A stretch of DNA of 64,000 nucleotides, from contig JAMPAL010000001.1 in the NCBI GenBank assembly GCA_023667245.1, positions 65,317 through 129,316 on the forward strand, written 5' to 3'. The stretch comes from Anaeroplasma bactoclasticum (GTDB lineage: Bacteria > Bacillota_I > Bacilli_A > ML615J-28 > CAG-313). The notes below the pieces were generated by a model, which saw only the letters and a program-made list of their open reading frames with translations, was not told the origin of the DNA and did no database searches. A program made the position numbers and the translations under genes. Below are positions 62,561 to 64,000 of this stretch, in pieces; positions within the stretch are counted from its first letter, which is position 1, and every line of letters starts with the position of its first letter.

Positions 62561-63532
62561 CTACTTAATACCAGACGATGCCATTGTTTCAAGCATTTTG
62601 GATTGATTGATAATAAACACTGTAATAGGAATGATAAGCATGATGACAGTTACCGCCGCCGCAGTACCTGTTCTTGCAATACCACCGCTCACAATTTGAC
62701 TCAGTGCATAACTAAATGGTTTTAAATTTTCTGTAAAAATATAATTCCCTCCATCTGTTCCCCACAATTGTTGAAATAACAAAATGATGAGTGTAAGCCA
62801 TGCTGGTTTGACTGTTGGCATTACTATTTTCCAAAAAATAGTAAATTCATTTGCACCATCTATTTTGGCTGCTTCTAATAAATCATTAGGAATATTGGTC
62901 ATAAATTGTCGCATTAAAAATAATCCAAGTGTATATCCCCAAGAAGGTATAATAATAGCCCACTGCGTATCTAATAAATGTAATCGACTAATAATCATAT
63001 AAATGGGAATAGAGGTTACTGCTGTAGAAAACATCAGTGAATACACGATCAATTGATTCAGCACTTTTTTTCCAACAAATTTGTGTTTTGCTAAGGGATA
63101 TGCACAAAGTGAAGCTAAAATGACATGTCCAACTGTACCAGCGAATGTAATCCAAATCGTGTTTACAAAATATCTTGAAATAGGAATCTGACTATTGCTC
63201 ATTAAATTAAATAAATCGACAAAATTACTAATCGTAAAGTGTCTTGGAAATAACTTGGGTGGAAAAATAAATAATTCATCCAATGGCTTAAAAGCATTGC
63301 AAATGGCAAAAACAAGTGGATATGCACTAAATAAAGCAAAGGCAAATAAAATCACAAATAGCACAATATCGCCAAATCGAGACCGACTCAATCGTACCTT
63401 TCGATATTTTTTATGTTTTCCGTTTTTCTTCATTTCCAAGTGTTGTTTTTTCAAATCATTCACTTGTTCTTCTAAGGCGGACGAGTGAGAAAGTTGACTG
63501 AAATCTAATTCTTGATTATCGGTTTTTTTCAT
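62561..63532 (-). CDS. Carbohydrate ABC transporter permease (MalG-like), second set
   Basis: 323 aa with the EAA loop LLEAAKIDGANEFTIFWKIVMP and a ~55-aa charged N-terminal extension. Confidence 0.85.
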   Translation of the reverse strand: MKKTDNQELDFSQLSHSSALEEQVNDLKKQHLEMKKNGKHKKYRKVRLSRSRFGDIVLFVILFAFALFSAYPLVFAICNAFKPLDELFIFPPKLFPRHFTISNFVDLFNLMSNSQIPISRYFVNTIWITFAGTVGHVILASLCAYPLAKHKFVGKKVLNQLIVYSLMFSTAVTSIPIYMIISRLHLLDTQWAIIIPSWGYTLGLFLMRQFMTNIPNDLLEAAKIDGANEFTIFWKIVMPTVKPAWLTLIILLFQQLWGTDGGNYIFTENLKPFSYALSQIVSGGIARTGTAAAVTVIMLIIPITVFIINQSKMLETMASSGIK

Positions 63533-63533
63533 T

Positions 63534-64000
63534 TTAAGATCCCACCTTTCTAATTAATTTTTGAATAATTAAATTACTTGCCATCATCAATAAAAATAAT
63601 ATGACCGCAATTGCACTAGCATATCCCATTTCTAGACGTGTGGAATTGGTAGAACCAAAATCAAGAATATGAGTCACTAGGGTATGAGCTGCATATTCGG
63701 TTGACGGCATACCGAATAAACTTACAGAAACCATACCTATACCTAGTGAATTGGTAATTTGCATAACAGCACCAAATAATAATTGAGACTTCATTTGTGG
63801 CAAGGTAATATACCATAGTTCTTGCCAACGATTTTTGATACCATCAATGGCAGCTGCTTCATACAATGTTCTATCTACTGTTTGTAAACCTGCCCTAAAT
63901 GATAGAAAACTAACCCCTAAACTCAACCATAACTGAACCAAAATCAAAATGCCTAATGCATAAGATGGTGTGCTTAACCAATATATCGGTTCATGAATGA
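63534..64000 (-). CDS. Sugar ABC transporter permease (MalF-like), C-terminal part; gene continues beyond the right edge of the window
   Basis: The track start at 63947 is an internal TTG. The frame stays open to 64000 (IHEPIYWLSTPSYALGILILVQLW...). The EAA loop is LYEAAAIDGIKNRWQELWYITLPQM. Confidence 0.8.
   Translation of the reverse strand, partial: IHEPIYWLSTPSYALGILILVQLWLSLGVSFLSFRAGLQTVDRTLYEAAAIDGIKNRWQELWYITLPQMKSQLLFGAVMQITNSLGIGMVSVSLFGMPSTEYAAHTLVTHILDFGSTNSTRLEMGYASAIAVILFLLMMASNLIIQKLIRKVGS

Noticed and set aside
1-64000. Alternative genetic code (UGA = Trp, Mollicutes-like), considered because of the very low GC and the giant ORFs
   Set aside because: Conserved proteins (MurA, AspA, L31, YebC, aminopeptidases) are full length under the standard code. 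TGA is used as a stop in a classic ATGA overlap (45649-45652). murA, the sporulation genes and the lipoproteins indicate a walled Bacillota organism.

Overview
AT-rich chromosomal segment that looks like a low-GC Bacillota genome. It has sporulation genes ytfI/ytfJ and murA, uses the standard genetic code, and has GGAGG-type ribosome-binding sites. I support 43 protein-coding genes (39 on the minus strand), one tRNA-Gly(GCC), and a set of rho-independent terminators and sigma-A-like promoters. I found no transposase, integrase, CRISPR array or rRNA.

Main blocks:
1. 0-18 kb: housekeeping and surface genes. These are ytfJ/ytfI, a YidD fusion, a pseudouridine synthase, a 1,346-aa GHL10 surface protein, a TspO-like protein, a triple-OB-fold lipoprotein, M18 and M29 aminopeptidases, an ABC-F ATPase and rpmE.
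2. 18.1-35.7 kb: the most striking feature. Two adjacent paralogous ORFs (4,800 aa and about 1,000 aa) each have an N-terminal CvpA-like membrane domain followed by a very long acidic helical-repeat region. I recognise no catalytic or wall-anchor domain in either. They sit between murA and rpmE.
3. 37-47 kb: aspA, degV/tetR, an ECF sigma / anti-sigma / S8 protease cluster, tRNA-Gly and yebC. This block also holds a translationally coupled PHP-phosphoesterase + OAS/CD-NTase-like nucleotidyltransferase pair, a candidate nucleotide-signalling or defence module.
4. 47-64 kb: a tightly packed array of at least 14 minus-strand genes that looks like a glycan-utilisation locus. It has two ABC permease pairs, one binding protein, DUF5696, YIP1, NHL/TPR, a GntR regulator, an SGNH esterase, a TIM barrel, DUF4127 and an FAD oxidoreductase.

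All functional calls come from reading motifs in the supplied translations by eye. No database search was run.
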